IMG/VR virus record: IMGVR_UViG_3300042356_000546
Length of the DNA: 64,000 bases
Source: an uncultured virus (IMG/VR IMGVR_UViG_3300042356_000546)
Taxonomy: Duplodnaviria; Heunggongvirae; Uroviricota; Caudoviricetes
Direction: 5' to 3' (one strand)
In this document: piece by piece, positions 21,563-31,546 of the stretch
Position numbering within the stretch: the stretch's first letter is position 1
Layout of the letters: each line of letters begins with the position of its first letter
The notes under the pieces: model-generated
Databases searched by the model: none
Told to the model about the DNA's origin: nothing
What the model saw: the letters and a program-made list of their open reading frames with translations, nothing else
Made by a program: the position numbers and the translations under genes

Positions 21563-21847
21563 ATGACACTACCAGATGAAAGATACCGTGCTGTAGTACA
21601 GACCCGAAGGTTCCTATTGGATCTTTGCAATAGAGAACATACACCTAGAGTACCTAAACTGGTCCGAGACACGGCCCGAAGCATGCTGCGTCACTATCCA
21701 TCAGACTGGGACATGCAGCGAGCAGCAGCATCATGCCCTGAGGTATTCGCAGAAAAAATGGAAGATCTGCACCGTTTCGTAGCAGCAGGCGCACTGGCTG
21801 CGGATCCAGAAGATTCAGAACTCCTAAGGGGCTATAAAGAATCATAA
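21563..21847 (+). CDS. Conserved small phage protein (MTLPDER...LRHYP)
   Basis: Recognisable motif; downstream of promoter 21465. Confidence 0.7.
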   Translation: MTLPDERYRAVVQTRRFLLDLCNREHTPRVPKLVRDTARSMLRHYPSDWDMQRAAASCPEVFAEKMEDLHRFVAAGALAADPEDSELLRGYKES

Positions 21848-21854
21848 GATTATC

Positions 21855-21932
<78 letters not shown>

Positions 21933-21951
21933 AACATTAATAGTACAGCAG

Positions 21952-22028
21952 CAGTCCTTAGCTCAGTTGGATAGAGCAACAGCCTTCTAAGCTGTAGGCC
22001 ACTGGTTCGAATCCAGTAGGACTGGCCA
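21952..22028 (+). tRNA. tRNA-Arg (TCT)
   Basis: CAGTCCT/AGGACTG acceptor stem, ACAGC-CTTCTAA-GCTGT, TTCGAAT, CCA. Confidence 0.95.
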
Positions 22029-22054
22029 ACAACGTTGCAGCAGCATCGAGACTG

Positions 22055-22139
22055 AGGACCGTGGTGAAATAGGTAGACACAAGAGACTTAAAATCTCTCG
22101 CAGCAATGCATACCGGTTCGATTCCGGTCGGTCCTACCA
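22055..22139 (+). tRNA. tRNA-Leu (TAA)
   Basis: AGGACCG/CGGTCCT acceptor stem, AGAGA-CTTAAAA-TCTCT, long variable arm, CCA. Confidence 0.95.
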
Positions 22140-22386
22140 TCTACAGCAGCAGAATCCTGAATGCTGCGCAGCGTACACCAGCCCTACAGCAGCAGCCAGC
22201 AGCTAATGAGAGTGCCGCGACACAGCCCAAAGTGTGGCATTTTGGCTACAGTTTGGATATCCACATCACACTGTGAATATCCTGTGGGTAACCTTAAAGG
22301 AGATCATCTAGAACGAGAAACCCTACGCAGTCTAGTGTCTTTTTATTTTGGTTGACGAAACAGCCAAAATGCAGTATAATAGACAC

Positions 22387-22725
22387 ATGACACAGACAAA
22401 CACCATTCGTAAAAAGCGCACCGACCGCAATCATATCATATATGAGTTGCGTGTTGCTGGGGGCAACTACATAGGAGTCACAGCCAAGACTGAGACCACT
22501 ATTAATAAGTCAGTTTTGGCACGTGCCGCTAAACACTTCTATCGTGCTAAGAAAGAAGCTAAGGATTGGGCCTTGTGTCATGCCCTGCGCACTCTCAGCG
22601 ACAAGAGCGAGATAGAAGTATACGTACACGAAGTGGTTCGTGGCAAGGCTCAGGCCCACAAGCGCGAAGTTGAACTACGCCGTGCTATTAACCCTACACT
22701 GAATACGGATGTTCGTGGGGACTAG
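22387..22725 (+). CDS. GIY-YIG-like protein
   Basis: IIYEL...YIGVT, HKREVEL, PTLN. Confidence 0.6.
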   Translation: MTQTNTIRKKRTDRNHIIYELRVAGGNYIGVTAKTETTINKSVLARAAKHFYRAKKEAKDWALCHALRTLSDKSEIEVYVHEVVRGKAQAHKREVELRRAINPTLNTDVRGD

Positions 22726-22783
22726 TTGACTGATTGGGCTAATGGCGCTATAATAGACACATACACACACAAAGGAGCGAAAG

Positions 22784-22957
22784 ATGACATTCACACAAGC
22801 TATGGTATACATTAGCCAACGCAAAGAAGCTGATGGCTCAGGACTGTTAGAGACTCTGCAGTACATGCAGGACAACCTGGATGAATTTGAGCCTGTTGAA
22901 CAGCAGGCCTTCCGAGTTGTAATGAACGACTTCCGTAAACTGTTAACACCCGCTTAA
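22784..22957 (+). CDS. Small early protein (57 aa)
   Basis: Promoter 22726 and GGAGCGAA RBS; MTFTQAMVYISQRKEADGSGLLETLQYMQ... Confidence 0.7.
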   Translation: MTFTQAMVYISQRKEADGSGLLETLQYMQDNLDEFEPVEQQAFRVVMNDFRKLLTPA

Positions 22958-22967
22958 GGAGCACAAG

Positions 22968-23234
22968 ATGAAAGCATTAGAGAAATTTTTGAAAGACAAG
23001 AACCACTGGAACTCATTCTTCAAGGGTCCCCAGTACAGTCTTAACAGTGCCGCAGACCGTCAGGCTGTAGCAGACATGATTGATGCGGCCTTAAGCCCAG
23101 AGAACTTGACATGCGATGGTGAACTGCCTAGAGCAGAGGTCAACCGTCGCTACAAAGAGTTGATGACAGCGGCTCGTCAGCTGAAAAAGTACGACCCTAC
23201 AGTTACATTCTACGAATACGAAACGGAGATCTAA
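22968..23234 (+). CDS. Early hypothetical protein
   Basis: GGAG RBS; LSPENLTCDGE. Confidence 0.75.
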   Translation: MKALEKFLKDKNHWNSFFKGPQYSLNSAADRQAVADMIDAALSPENLTCDGELPRAEVNRRYKELMTAARQLKKYDPTVTFYEYETEI

Positions 23235-23612
23235 ATGAGACACTACGACGAATTGGCTGTATACGAGCGCAACGGCTTTGATATTATTGTGGATAAATCA
23301 TATGAAGACCTGGACCCCAAAGACTGTTTTGATGACACCCAGTTTGATATCGCAGAGATCAACCACAACATCGAACACGGGAATCTTGACTGGTTCATGC
23401 TGCGTGTCCGAGTTATGGTTGAGAACATCGAACTCAGTTCACAGTTCTTGGGCGGATGCTTATACGAAGACGCCCGCGAAGTCCTTACTGACGGGACTGC
23501 CGAAGACCTCATTGCTGAAGCGTTGGTAGAAGCCAAACGGGATGTCTACCGCTTATACAAGAAGTTCCAGGACATCAGCTGGGAACTTGATGCAGAAGGA
23601 GTTGCAGCATGA
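23235..23612 (+). CDS. Early hypothetical protein
   Basis: Contiguous with neighbours, RBS present. Confidence 0.7.
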   Translation: MRHYDELAVYERNGFDIIVDKSYEDLDPKDCFDDTQFDIAEINHNIEHGNLDWFMLRVRVMVENIELSSQFLGGCLYEDAREVLTDGTAEDLIAEALVEAKRDVYRLYKKFQDISWELDAEGVAA

Positions 23613-23839
23613 TCACAGCTGAACAACTGACTACGCTGACAACGTTTACAGCGGCAGCATTGACCAAGGCCCTAGACAATGAGGACTACCAATTCACGGG
23701 CCGCAAGTTCCTAGGGATCACAAATGGGGGCGAGTTCTGTTACATGTGTACCTTTCCTGTAAAGGGCGGCACGGACAGCACCAAGGTGTTCTTGAAGTTT
23801 GACCCTACAGTGGGTAGGGTTATTGCCACACTAGGTTGA
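23609..23839 (+). CDS. Early hypothetical protein
   Basis: ATGA overlap; stop codon lies in the next -35 box. Confidence 0.65.
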   Translation: MITAEQLTTLTTFTAAALTKALDNEDYQFTGRKFLGITNGGEFCYMCTFPVKGGTDSTKVFLKFDPTVGRVIATLG

Positions 23840-23897
23840 CGGGTTGAGCGAAAGCTGCTATAATAGACACTTAACTTAACAATATTGGAGCGATACA

Positions 23898-24365
23898 ATG
23901 GCAACACGAAGCACAATTGCATTAGAATATGCAGACGGTACAGTTGAGCAGGTATACTGCCACTGGGACGGCTATTTGGCACACAACGGTCAGATGCTGC
24001 AAGAGCACTATTCAAACCCTTTCATCTTGCGTGACTTGATTGACTTGGGTGACATCAGCTCACTTAGGCCCACAGTAGGTACCAAGCATGCCTTTAGCCG
24101 ACTTGAAGTTCCAATGGACGGCGAGGCCTACGACAAACTCTACGGCGACATGACTACGTTCTACGGACGTGATCGTGGCGAGACAGGTACGAGTGCCAAG
24201 AAGTTCGCTAGCTATGAGGACTATCTGTTGAACCACCAGTATGAGGAATACGAGTACATCCTGCGCTCAGTACACGGTCAAGCTGTTTGGTTTGTAGCAG
24301 ATCACAGCGAAGACTTCAAGCCCTTGATGCAGGCATTGGTTGAAGAAGCAGCATGTGTGGCTTAA
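23898..24365 (+). CDS. Conserved early phage protein (MATRS...YCHWDGY)
   Basis: Promoter 23836 and GGAGCG RBS. Confidence 0.75.
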   Translation: MATRSTIALEYADGTVEQVYCHWDGYLAHNGQMLQEHYSNPFILRDLIDLGDISSLRPTVGTKHAFSRLEVPMDGEAYDKLYGDMTTFYGRDRGETGTSAKKFASYEDYLLNHQYEEYEYILRSVHGQAVWFVADHSEDFKPLMQALVEEAACVA

Positions 24366-24446
24366 ATGCCACAGCACAACTAGGGGTTGACGAAACCCCT
24401 AGAGTGCGCTATAATAGACACATACACTAACACACAGGAGCGAAAA

Positions 24447-25502
24447 ATGGCTACACTAGTTGAGATTACAGAAGGTGCTTACGGTGCCCGTAAGAATTTG
24501 ATCACCCCAGGCATCCGCTTGCAAATGGTCAAGGACTTTGACGGCGAGGCAATTACTTGCCTTGCAGGCGATGAGATTGAAGGTGGTCGCAACCCCTACA
24601 AGAAGATCCGCGTCAAGGTCTCTGGCATTAATGCATACCGCGTGGTCGCGCACATTGACGAGGCTCCTGTAGGAGAGAACAGTTTGGTACAGCTCAAGGT
24701 GGCTGACTCGGCTGTAGCACATATCACAGATGACGAGCTGATCGAAAAGACTCGTGCTCGCTTCCAAGTACTTACAGACATGACTAAGGCTGTGAAAGCA
24801 GGCGATGTACGTGCTATGATTGTGACAGGTCCCCCAGGTGTAGGCAAATCGTTTGGTGTTGAAGAAGTGTTGACTAAGGACGACTTGTTCAATACCTTAG
24901 GCGAGCGCAAGCCACGCTACGAGATTGTCAAAGGTGCTATGAGTGCCATTGGCTTGTATTCTAAGCTCTACGAGTTCTCAAGTGAGAAGAATGTTATTGT
25001 GTTTGATGACTGCGACTCAGTGTTGCTGGACGACTTGAGCCTGAACATTCTTAAGGCGGCTTTGGACAGTTCTAAGAAGCGTACTATCAGCTGGAACACT
25101 GACAGCCGTATCCTGCGAAGCGAAGGCATCCCAGATCGCTTCGAGTTCAAGGCTGGTGCGATCTTTATCACCAACATCAAGTTTGAGAATGTACGCTCTA
25201 AGAAGCTACAGGATCACCTTGCCGCTCTTGAGAGCCGTTGCCACTACATTGATCTGCAGATGGATACAGATCGTGAGAAGGTCCTGCGTATCAAGCAGAT
25301 CGTTGCAGACGGCATGCTGGACGAATACGAGCTGAGCGATGTGGCCAAGATTGATGTTGTGGACTTTGTGTCTAACAACCGTGCTAAACTACGCGAGCTG
25401 AGCCTGCGTACGGTGTTGAAGGTTGCACAATTGCGCAAGGCGTTTGCTGACAACTGGGAAGCAATGGCAGAGGTCACTGTTATGAAGCGAGGTGTTGCGT
25501 GA
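24447..25502 (+). CDS. AAA-type P-loop ATPase
   Basis: Walker A GPPGVGKS, Walker B VIVFDDCD; start follows GGAGCGAA. Confidence 0.85.
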   Translation: MATLVEITEGAYGARKNLITPGIRLQMVKDFDGEAITCLAGDEIEGGRNPYKKIRVKVSGINAYRVVAHIDEAPVGENSLVQLKVADSAVAHITDDELIEKTRARFQVLTDMTKAVKAGDVRAMIVTGPPGVGKSFGVEEVLTKDDLFNTLGERKPRYEIVKGAMSAIGLYSKLYEFSSEKNVIVFDDCDSVLLDDLSLNILKAALDSSKKRTISWNTDSRILRSEGIPDRFEFKAGAIFITNIKFENVRSKKLQDHLAALESRCHYIDLQMDTDREKVLRIKQIVADGMLDEYELSDVAKIDVVDFVSNNRAKLRELSLRTVLKVAQLRKAFADNWEAMAEVTVMKRGVA

Positions 25503-25729
25503 GCGATATTGCAGGGTGCCAGTACATAGGTCCGGAGCAGAAGGAGTCTCCGTTCACTATGTGCGGATGCAAGAGCTTGTGGCCTGGCAAGGTCTATTGC
25601 GAAGATCATGTATGGCTAGTCTACAATCGTGGGTCTAGCGTAGGAAACAAACGCAAGAACAAAGAGATTGAGAAAGAGCTGGCCGAAGTTAAACGTCTAC
25701 AAGAGATAGCGGAGTATGAAAATGAATAA
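25499..25729 (+). CDS. Small Cys/His-rich protein
   Basis: CQYIG...CGC...YCEDH. Confidence 0.55.
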   Translation: MSDIAGCQYIGPEQKESPFTMCGCKSLWPGKVYCEDHVWLVYNRGSSVGNKRKNKEIEKELAEVKRLQEIAEYENE

Positions 25730-25913
25730 AATCATGTTGGTGGTAGGATTTGCTGTGTTGATTGTAGCATTGGTTCTGTTGGGCCCTTGGCTGGTAATTT
25801 GGGCAATGAACATCCTGTTCCCTGTATTAGCTATTCCTTACACTTGGCAGACTTGGCTAGCTGTTCTGATAATGAGTGCTTTCTTCCAAACCAAAGTGTC
25901 TGTGAAGAAGTGA
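25722..25913 (+). CDS. Small membrane protein
   Basis: Hydrophobic throughout. Confidence 0.6.
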   Translation: MNKIMLVVGFAVLIVALVLLGPWLVIWAMNILFPVLAIPYTWQTWLAVLIMSAFFQTKVSVKK

Positions 25914-26003
25914 TTTGGCGAAATTGACCATTGCTCTTGATCATGGATGTCTGTATACTTGTATGACGCTGTTAGGAAACAGCCACAACAAAGGAAACTT
26001 AAA

Positions 26004-26276
26004 ATGAAGAGATTCAATCCAAAAACCAAGACTTTCAAAGTCTTCACAGCACTTTACAATGGTAAAGCACTTACTCCAGCACAGGCCAAGCATGACCTAG
26101 GTGTTGGCAACCTGGCAGCAGAAGCCAGCCGCATTCGTCAAGCAGGCTACGCTGTTTATACCAACAGCCGTACAGCAGGCAACGGTGTTCAGGTAACTGA
26201 ATATGTGATGGGCAAGCCATCACGTGAGATCGTTGCTCTAGGCTACAAAGCTCAAGCAATGGGCATCACTCTTTAA
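26004..26276 (+). CDS. Winged helix-turn-helix DNA-binding protein (putative)
   Basis: LTPAQAKHDLGVGNLAAEASRIRQAGYAVY; AAGGAA RBS. Confidence 0.6.
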   Translation: MKRFNPKTKTFKVFTALYNGKALTPAQAKHDLGVGNLAAEASRIRQAGYAVYTNSRTAGNGVQVTEYVMGKPSREIVALGYKAQAMGITL

Positions 26277-26290
26277 TTAGGGTTTCAAAT

Positions 26291-26353
26291 AGACAAGCCG
26301 ATTCGCTCCCGGGGCGTCTTTTGAGGGTGTTGTAGAAATACAACACCTTTTTT
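26291..26353 (+). terminator. 3'-UTR hairpin (loop ATTCGCTCC) followed by an intrinsic terminator
   Basis: CCG-ATTCGCTCC-CGG, then GGTGTTGTA-GAAA-TACAACACC and a T-run. Confidence 0.75.
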
Positions 26354-26433
26354 CTTTGACCGGCACTCCAGTTGGTTGACACTTTGGGCGACTGATGCTA
26401 TAATAGATATATACTGAAACAACGGAGCGAACA

Positions 26434-27069
26434 ATGTTTACAGCAGATCAAGTTTGGGGATTGGCGGTAGCAGCAGATCGTATCAACGGAGGCTACTTCA
26501 AAGAAGATGTCTACGTGCTGGAGAACGACTGCCAGAAGCGAGTCACCCAGGCCAACAAGCTAATGGTCAAGCAATGGCTCCGCGAGGGTGCATTCACCGA
26601 AGCCACAGCAGAGGACGTTGAGAAGGGTCGTGCGGTTCGCAACTACTTCAATGGCTTCTTGCTGAAACAGATCTCGGGCAAGATCAACGACTTCGAACAG
26701 CAGGCACTCCGCATTGCACAGATGGATGAGTTCACTGGCCGTAACATGTTGGAGTTTGCCATCGTAAGCTGCTTGCCTGGTGTGATGCTGCGCGATCAAA
26801 TCCGTAACGAGTTGGCTCGCGAAGTCCGTGCTTCTACTCAATTGCAGGGCGCTGTGGGTGACAAGATCCAGGGCGAGATCGAGGTGGTCAAGTGCTACTA
26901 CAGCAAAGACTATGACAAGTTCAGGGTTACTGCTAAACTGGTTGACAGTTTCGTGGATTTCTGGTATAATAGTAACTTAGAAGCAGGGCAGAAGTTAACT
27001 ATCAAAGCAAAGATTAAAAGTGTTCGTAGCGATAATACAACACAATTAAACTTCGTAAAAAGAGCTTGA
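26434..27069 (+). CDS. Early protein, C-terminus resembling an OB fold
   Basis: Promoter 26376, GGAGCGAA RBS; ends TTQLNFVK. Confidence 0.7.
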   Translation: MFTADQVWGLAVAADRINGGYFKEDVYVLENDCQKRVTQANKLMVKQWLREGAFTEATAEDVEKGRAVRNYFNGFLLKQISGKINDFEQQALRIAQMDEFTGRNMLEFAIVSCLPGVMLRDQIRNELAREVRASTQLQGAVGDKIQGEIEVVKCYYSKDYDKFRVTAKLVDSFVDFWYNSNLEAGQKLTIKAKIKSVRSDNTTQLNFVKRA

Positions 27070-27142
27070 CAACTGAGCTGTTCGGTGTTATACTATTAAC
27101 ACTGAGAAAGCAACTTTAACTGAGAAAGAAAGAGGTCTTATT

Positions 27143-28228
27143 ATGGCAAAGTCAACAGACATTAGCGTTCGACAAGTTGGTCCCAAGAACGCAAAGAAAT
27201 CAATTCGTTTTGCAATCAAGAAACGCCGCCCTGTGTTCCTTTGGGGCCCTCCAGGTATTGGTAAGAGTGACATCGTTAAGCAGATCGGCGAAGACGCTGG
27301 TCGCGAAGTTATCGACGTTCGCCTGGCCCTGTGGGAGCCTACAGACATTAAGGGTATCCCCTATTACAATGCAGACAAGGGCACAATGGTTTGGGCTCCC
27401 CCTGCAGAGCTTCCTACCAACCCAGAGTCAACTGCGATCATCTTCTTAGATGAATTGAACAGTGCTCCTCCAGCGGTACAGGCCGCGGCCTATCAGTTGA
27501 TCCTTAACCGTCGTGTTGGTACTTACGAATTGCCTAAGGGTGTTGACGTGGTTGCCGCTGGTAACAGAGAAGGCGATCGTGGCGTGACATATCGTATGCC
27601 TGCTCCGCTGGCTAACCGTTTCATTCACTTGGAAGCAAAGGTAGATTTTGATGACTTCCAAGAGTGGGCTGTTATGAATGACGTTCACCCTGAGGTGTTG
27701 GGTTATGTGGGTTTCGCCAAGCAGGACTTATACGACTTCGATCCTAAGTCGCCCAGCAAGGCCTTTGCAACTCCACGCTCGTGGGTGTTTGTGAGCGACT
27801 TGCTCAAGGACGAGGACTGCGACGTTGACACCATGCACAATTTGGTTGCGGGTGCCGTAGGTGATGGCCTGGCTATTAAGTTTATGGCTCACCGTAAGAT
27901 TGCAGGTCGCTTGCCTAAGGCGTTGGACATCTTGGAAGGCAAGGTCAAGGACCTGCAGATTAAGGAAGTGTCAGCCATGTACTCTTTGACTGTGAGCCTG
28001 TGCTATGAACTTAAGGATCAAGCAGAGAAGAAGTCTAAAGGTTGGGATGCTATGGCAGACTGCTTCTTCCGCTACATGATGGATAACTTCCCAACAGAGT
28101 TGGTGGTGATGGGTGCTAAGACGGGCTTGACAAATTACAACTTGCCCTTTGACGCTACAAAGATGAAGAGCTTTGACGAGTTCCACAAGCGTTTTGGCAA
28201 GTATGTTTTGAGTGCAATGGAGAATTAA
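27143..28228 (+). CDS. MoxR/dynein-related AAA+ ATPase
   Basis: GPPGIGKS, IFLDELN, AAGNR, PLANRF, TPRSW. Confidence 0.9.
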   Translation: MAKSTDISVRQVGPKNAKKSIRFAIKKRRPVFLWGPPGIGKSDIVKQIGEDAGREVIDVRLALWEPTDIKGIPYYNADKGTMVWAPPAELPTNPESTAIIFLDELNSAPPAVQAAAYQLILNRRVGTYELPKGVDVVAAGNREGDRGVTYRMPAPLANRFIHLEAKVDFDDFQEWAVMNDVHPEVLGYVGFAKQDLYDFDPKSPSKAFATPRSWVFVSDLLKDEDCDVDTMHNLVAGAVGDGLAIKFMAHRKIAGRLPKALDILEGKVKDLQIKEVSAMYSLTVSLCYELKDQAEKKSKGWDAMADCFFRYMMDNFPTELVVMGAKTGLTNYNLPFDATKMKSFDEFHKRFGKYVLSAMEN

Positions 28229-28245
28229 GACCTCGCCCATTGCAA

Positions 28246-28284
28246 GGGCGGGAGGCTTCTCAGGGCTTGCCCGCCCACTTTTTT
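28246..28284 (+). terminator. Intrinsic terminator
   Basis: GGGCGGG...CCCGCCC stem followed by a T-run. Confidence 0.6.
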
Positions 28285-28340
28285 GGTTGACAGGTGTGTA
28301 AATAGATGCTATAATATACACATACTAAGGAGAGCGACTA

Positions 28341-29555
28341 ATGGCATTTGATCCGATTATCGATAAACTAACCACAGCCCGTGTGGGACTGTTGCTTAAG
28401 GCACCATTCTTTGGCAACATGGCAACTCGTATGCAACTGATTCAAGCAGACGAATGGTGCCCTACTGCGGCAACTAATGGCCGTAATTTCTATTACAATA
28501 CTAAGTTCGTTGAGAAGCTCTCAGTCAAGAAACTAGAGTTCCTATTCGGACACGAGATTTGCCATTGTGTGTTTGACCACTTTGGTCGTGTAGGTTCACG
28601 CGATCGCCAGCTGTCTAACATTGCACAAGACTACGCTGTCAATCAGATCCTTGTAGACGAACGCATTGGTGAGAAGATCACTGAAGTCAAGATCTGCTAC
28701 GATGCCAAGTATCGCGGCAAAGCCTGGGAAGAGATCTACGACGAGCTATACGAGAAGGCAGAGAAGATCTCTATGCCACAACTGCTTCAGCAACTTGGTG
28801 ACCTGTTGGACGAGCACATTAACGAAGACGGCAATGCACCGGGCAAAGAGGGTGATGGAGACAAGCAGGGCAAGGGTATGCCTGGCATGACTAAAGAAGA
28901 AGCACAGAAGATCCGCGATGAGATCAAAGAAGCCATGGTGCAGAGTGCCGCGGCAGCAGGTGCAGGCAAAGTGCCCGCAGGCATCCAGCGTTTGATCAAG
29001 GACATGACTGAGCCTAAGATTAGCTGGCGTGATCTTGTGCGTCAAGAGATACAGAGCATTATCCGCAACGACTATTCCTTTACTCGTCCTAACCGTAAGA
29101 GTATGCACTCAGGTGCCATACTGCCGGGCATGAAAGAAGCAACTACAATTGACATTGGTATTTCAATTGATATGTCAGGTAGCATTGGACAAGAGGATGC
29201 AACTGTATTCCTGTCAGAGGTCAAGGGCATTGTTGATCAGTATGAGGACTTTAAGATTAACCTGTGGTGCTTTGACACAGAGATCTATAACCACAAAGAG
29301 TTCTCGCAGGACAATAGTGAAGAGCTATTTGAGTATGAGCCACAGGGCGGTGGCGGTACTGACTTTGCTGTGAACTGGGAGTTTATGGAAGAGAATGGTA
29401 TTCGTCCTAAGAAGTTCATTATGTTCACAGACGGCTACCCCTGCGGTAGTTGGGGTGACGAGGACTACTGCGACACAATCTTTATTGTCAAAGGCAATAC
29501 AGAAGCAGAAGCACCCTTTGGTCAGACTGTTATCTACGAGAAAGAGACTGCCTAA
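28341..29555 (+). CDS. DUF2201-type metallopeptidase plus VWA domain protein
   Basis: HEICH (HExxH), DMSGS (MIDAS), GGGGTDF, FTDGY; adjacent to the AAA+ gene. Confidence 0.88.
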   Translation: MAFDPIIDKLTTARVGLLLKAPFFGNMATRMQLIQADEWCPTAATNGRNFYYNTKFVEKLSVKKLEFLFGHEICHCVFDHFGRVGSRDRQLSNIAQDYAVNQILVDERIGEKITEVKICYDAKYRGKAWEEIYDELYEKAEKISMPQLLQQLGDLLDEHINEDGNAPGKEGDGDKQGKGMPGMTKEEAQKIRDEIKEAMVQSAAAAGAGKVPAGIQRLIKDMTEPKISWRDLVRQEIQSIIRNDYSFTRPNRKSMHSGAILPGMKEATTIDIGISIDMSGSIGQEDATVFLSEVKGIVDQYEDFKINLWCFDTEIYNHKEFSQDNSEELFEYEPQGGGGTDFAVNWEFMEENGIRPKKFIMFTDGYPCGSWGDEDYCDTIFIVKGNTEAEAPFGQTVIYEKETA

Positions 29556-29693
29556 TTGGAGTGCCGGCAGTGTGGCAAAAAAGCCACACTGCTAGTAGGC
29601 CCCGCTGCTTACGTGTGCATGTAATCTAGGGGTTGACGGTTTGGTAGATTGATTGTATAATATAGACTTACACACACAGAAAGGTTGATAGAT

Positions 29694-29819
29694 ATGATGA
29701 GTCACTTAGCAGCATTTATCGCTGGTATTATTGTTGCCACTGTTGGCTTCACAGGCATTGCACAGATCGCCGACAAGGGCGTGAACAAGGTGCAAGAAGT
29801 TGTGAGGGATGTCAAATGA
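29694..29819 (+). CDS. Small membrane peptide (41 aa)
   Basis: Promoter 29633; MMSHLAAFIAGIIVATVGFTGIAQIADKG... Confidence 0.6.
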   Translation: MMSHLAAFIAGIIVATVGFTGIAQIADKGVNKVQEVVRDVK

Positions 29820-29995
29820 GCAAGATGGCAGACCTAGCATATGATGTTGAGCAACTGTATATCGAAGGCCACAGTGCCAAGATGATTGCAGACCTGTTGG
29901 ATTGCCCTGTCGAGCAGGTGCTTGGCTACATACAAGACATGGGCGTACAAGACGCTCCTGAAGACTACAGTCCCTTCGTATCCATGAACAGTTGA
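29816..29995 (+). CDS. Small early protein (59 aa), HTH-like
   Basis: MSKMADLAYDVEQLYIEGHSAKMIADLLDCPVEQV... Confidence 0.6.
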   Translation: MSKMADLAYDVEQLYIEGHSAKMIADLLDCPVEQVLGYIQDMGVQDAPEDYSPFVSMNS

Positions 29996-29996
29996 C

Positions 29997-30263
29997 ATGT
30001 ACCTACACATCCTGCCAGAAGACGAACAGAAACAGTTGATCCGTGCTCTGCGTGGACCCCAATTTGTTCGTGAGCGCCACGGTAGTCTCTATGATCGTGG
30101 GTCATCAGATTCATACTACGGTCGACAGATAGACCCTCACCACGGTGGAGTTGGTGGCGACTCGGGGCCACGGGTTGAGGTCACAGATGCAGACAGCATT
30201 GCGGAGTACCTCGCAGGCTACGATTGGAATGAAACTCACGGCGGCAAAAAGGACTACGGTTAA
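29997..30263 (+). CDS. Early hypothetical protein
   Basis: HGSLYDRGSSDSYYGR. Confidence 0.7.
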   Translation: MYLHILPEDEQKQLIRALRGPQFVRERHGSLYDRGSSDSYYGRQIDPHHGGVGGDSGPRVEVTDADSIAEYLAGYDWNETHGGKKDYG

Positions 30264-30499
30264 TGGGTTGGATAGTATACGAAGAGAAGTCGGGTCATAT
30301 GCAGAAGTATTACAAATTGGCTTCGACAGCCAAACGGATCTGCACTCAGCACAACACTGAGCGGGACTATGATTTCTATGTGTATCGCCCAGACCGAAAG
30401 TGGGCCTTCTGTTCATACAGGGACTACGAAGGCGTCCTAATGGGCCTGCGTGGAGAGCAATTAAAGATGTGGCAATTCTGCAACACTGAAATTGGTTGA
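30263..30499 (+). CDS. Early hypothetical protein
   Basis: TAATG overlap; stop codon lies in the next -35 box. Confidence 0.6.
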   Translation: MGWIVYEEKSGHMQKYYKLASTAKRICTQHNTERDYDFYVYRPDRKWAFCSYRDYEGVLMGLRGEQLKMWQFCNTEIG

Positions 30500-30556
30500 C
30501 ACTTTGAGCAATCCCTGCTATAATATACACATACACTAGCAAACAAGGAGCGAAAC

Positions 30557-30865
30557 TTGAAACTTTTAATCACTACACAGGTCTACGAGAACTACGGTGC
30601 CCACGATTGGGACGGAGTTGGTGAGTGCCCACAGTACTGGAAAGCCAAGGGCGGTTCAGACTACGTGGTCAAGAACATCAACATCAACAAGGTCACGGAG
30701 ACTGTGATGGGTGTGCGTGGTCAGATTGAGCAGGACAATGATGCCTTCCGCGAGACCATTATTGATTGGTCTATCGTGGCTGATGATGCTCTCACAGAGT
30801 TCGAGCAGAGCCAGTTGAACTACGAAGGTCACATCCGTTACGCTTCTAAAGAGATTGCCTGGTAA
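30557..30865 (+). CDS. Conserved early protein (ENYGAHDWDG..CPQYWK)
   Basis: Promoter 30496, GGAGCGAA RBS, TTG start. Confidence 0.75.
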   Translation: MKLLITTQVYENYGAHDWDGVGECPQYWKAKGGSDYVVKNININKVTETVMGVRGQIEQDNDAFRETIIDWSIVADDALTEFEQSQLNYEGHIRYASKEIAW

Positions 30866-30929
30866 TTGGTTGACAGTTTGGGCTTTTGATCGTATAATAT
30901 ACATATACTGAAACACAAAGGAGCGCGAA

Positions 30930-31136
30930 ATGGCATTCATCACCCTGGGCAAGAGAGACGAAAAGTGGCAACCACGCAAGGGGCTGGAAGGACCGTTTTG
31001 GTTCGTTGATCGGGTCTTGTATTACGATCCAAAGGCAGGCCAGTACTGGGATCCAACCACCGACTTCTATGTAGAGAACGCAGAAGTGGATCGCTTGCAG
31101 AACCGCTTGATGGAAGTTATGAGGGCTGGGGTATGA
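30930..31136 (+). CDS. Early hypothetical protein (GLEGPF...YYDPK)
   Basis: Promoter 30870 and RBS. Confidence 0.7.
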   Translation: MAFITLGKRDEKWQPRKGLEGPFWFVDRVLYYDPKAGQYWDPTTDFYVENAEVDRLQNRLMEVMRAGV

Positions 31137-31486
31137 GATACATTTTGGCAGCGTGGGACTCCACCGGCTTTGAAACCCTGCAGGACATCACCCACTTTCA
31201 TCCTGAGAACTTTGAAAAGGGTCAGTTGATTGAGATCCTCAGTGGCCGTAGAAAGACTGAGAATCCGTTGGGTCGACAGATTTCAATGATGAAGTTGAGG
31301 GCACAGGCCAATAGTCAACGAACCTATGAAATCTACATGTTCACCACCCTGGACGACATTGAGTTTAAGGATGTAGAAGATTGGATGATCGGCGATCCGC
31401 AGAGTTTGGTAGACTGGGTTAGAAAGAATCATGCTGTAAAGATCTACAGTGATTATGTCCCTAATCACCGTAGGGCTATTGTTTAA
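31133..31486 (+). CDS. Early hypothetical protein
   Basis: ATGA overlap. Confidence 0.65.
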   Translation: MRYILAAWDSTGFETLQDITHFHPENFEKGQLIEILSGRRKTENPLGRQISMMKLRAQANSQRTYEIYMFTTLDDIEFKDVEDWMIGDPQSLVDWVRKNHAVKIYSDYVPNHRRAIV

Positions 31487-31546
31487 ATTGGTTGACAGTT
31501 TGGCAGTTTGGCGCTATAATAAACACATACACACAAAGGAGCGAAG

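Noticed and set aside
21958..22355. ORFs overlapping or just after the tRNAs
   Set aside because: Antisense or chance frames across tRNA genes and spacer DNA.
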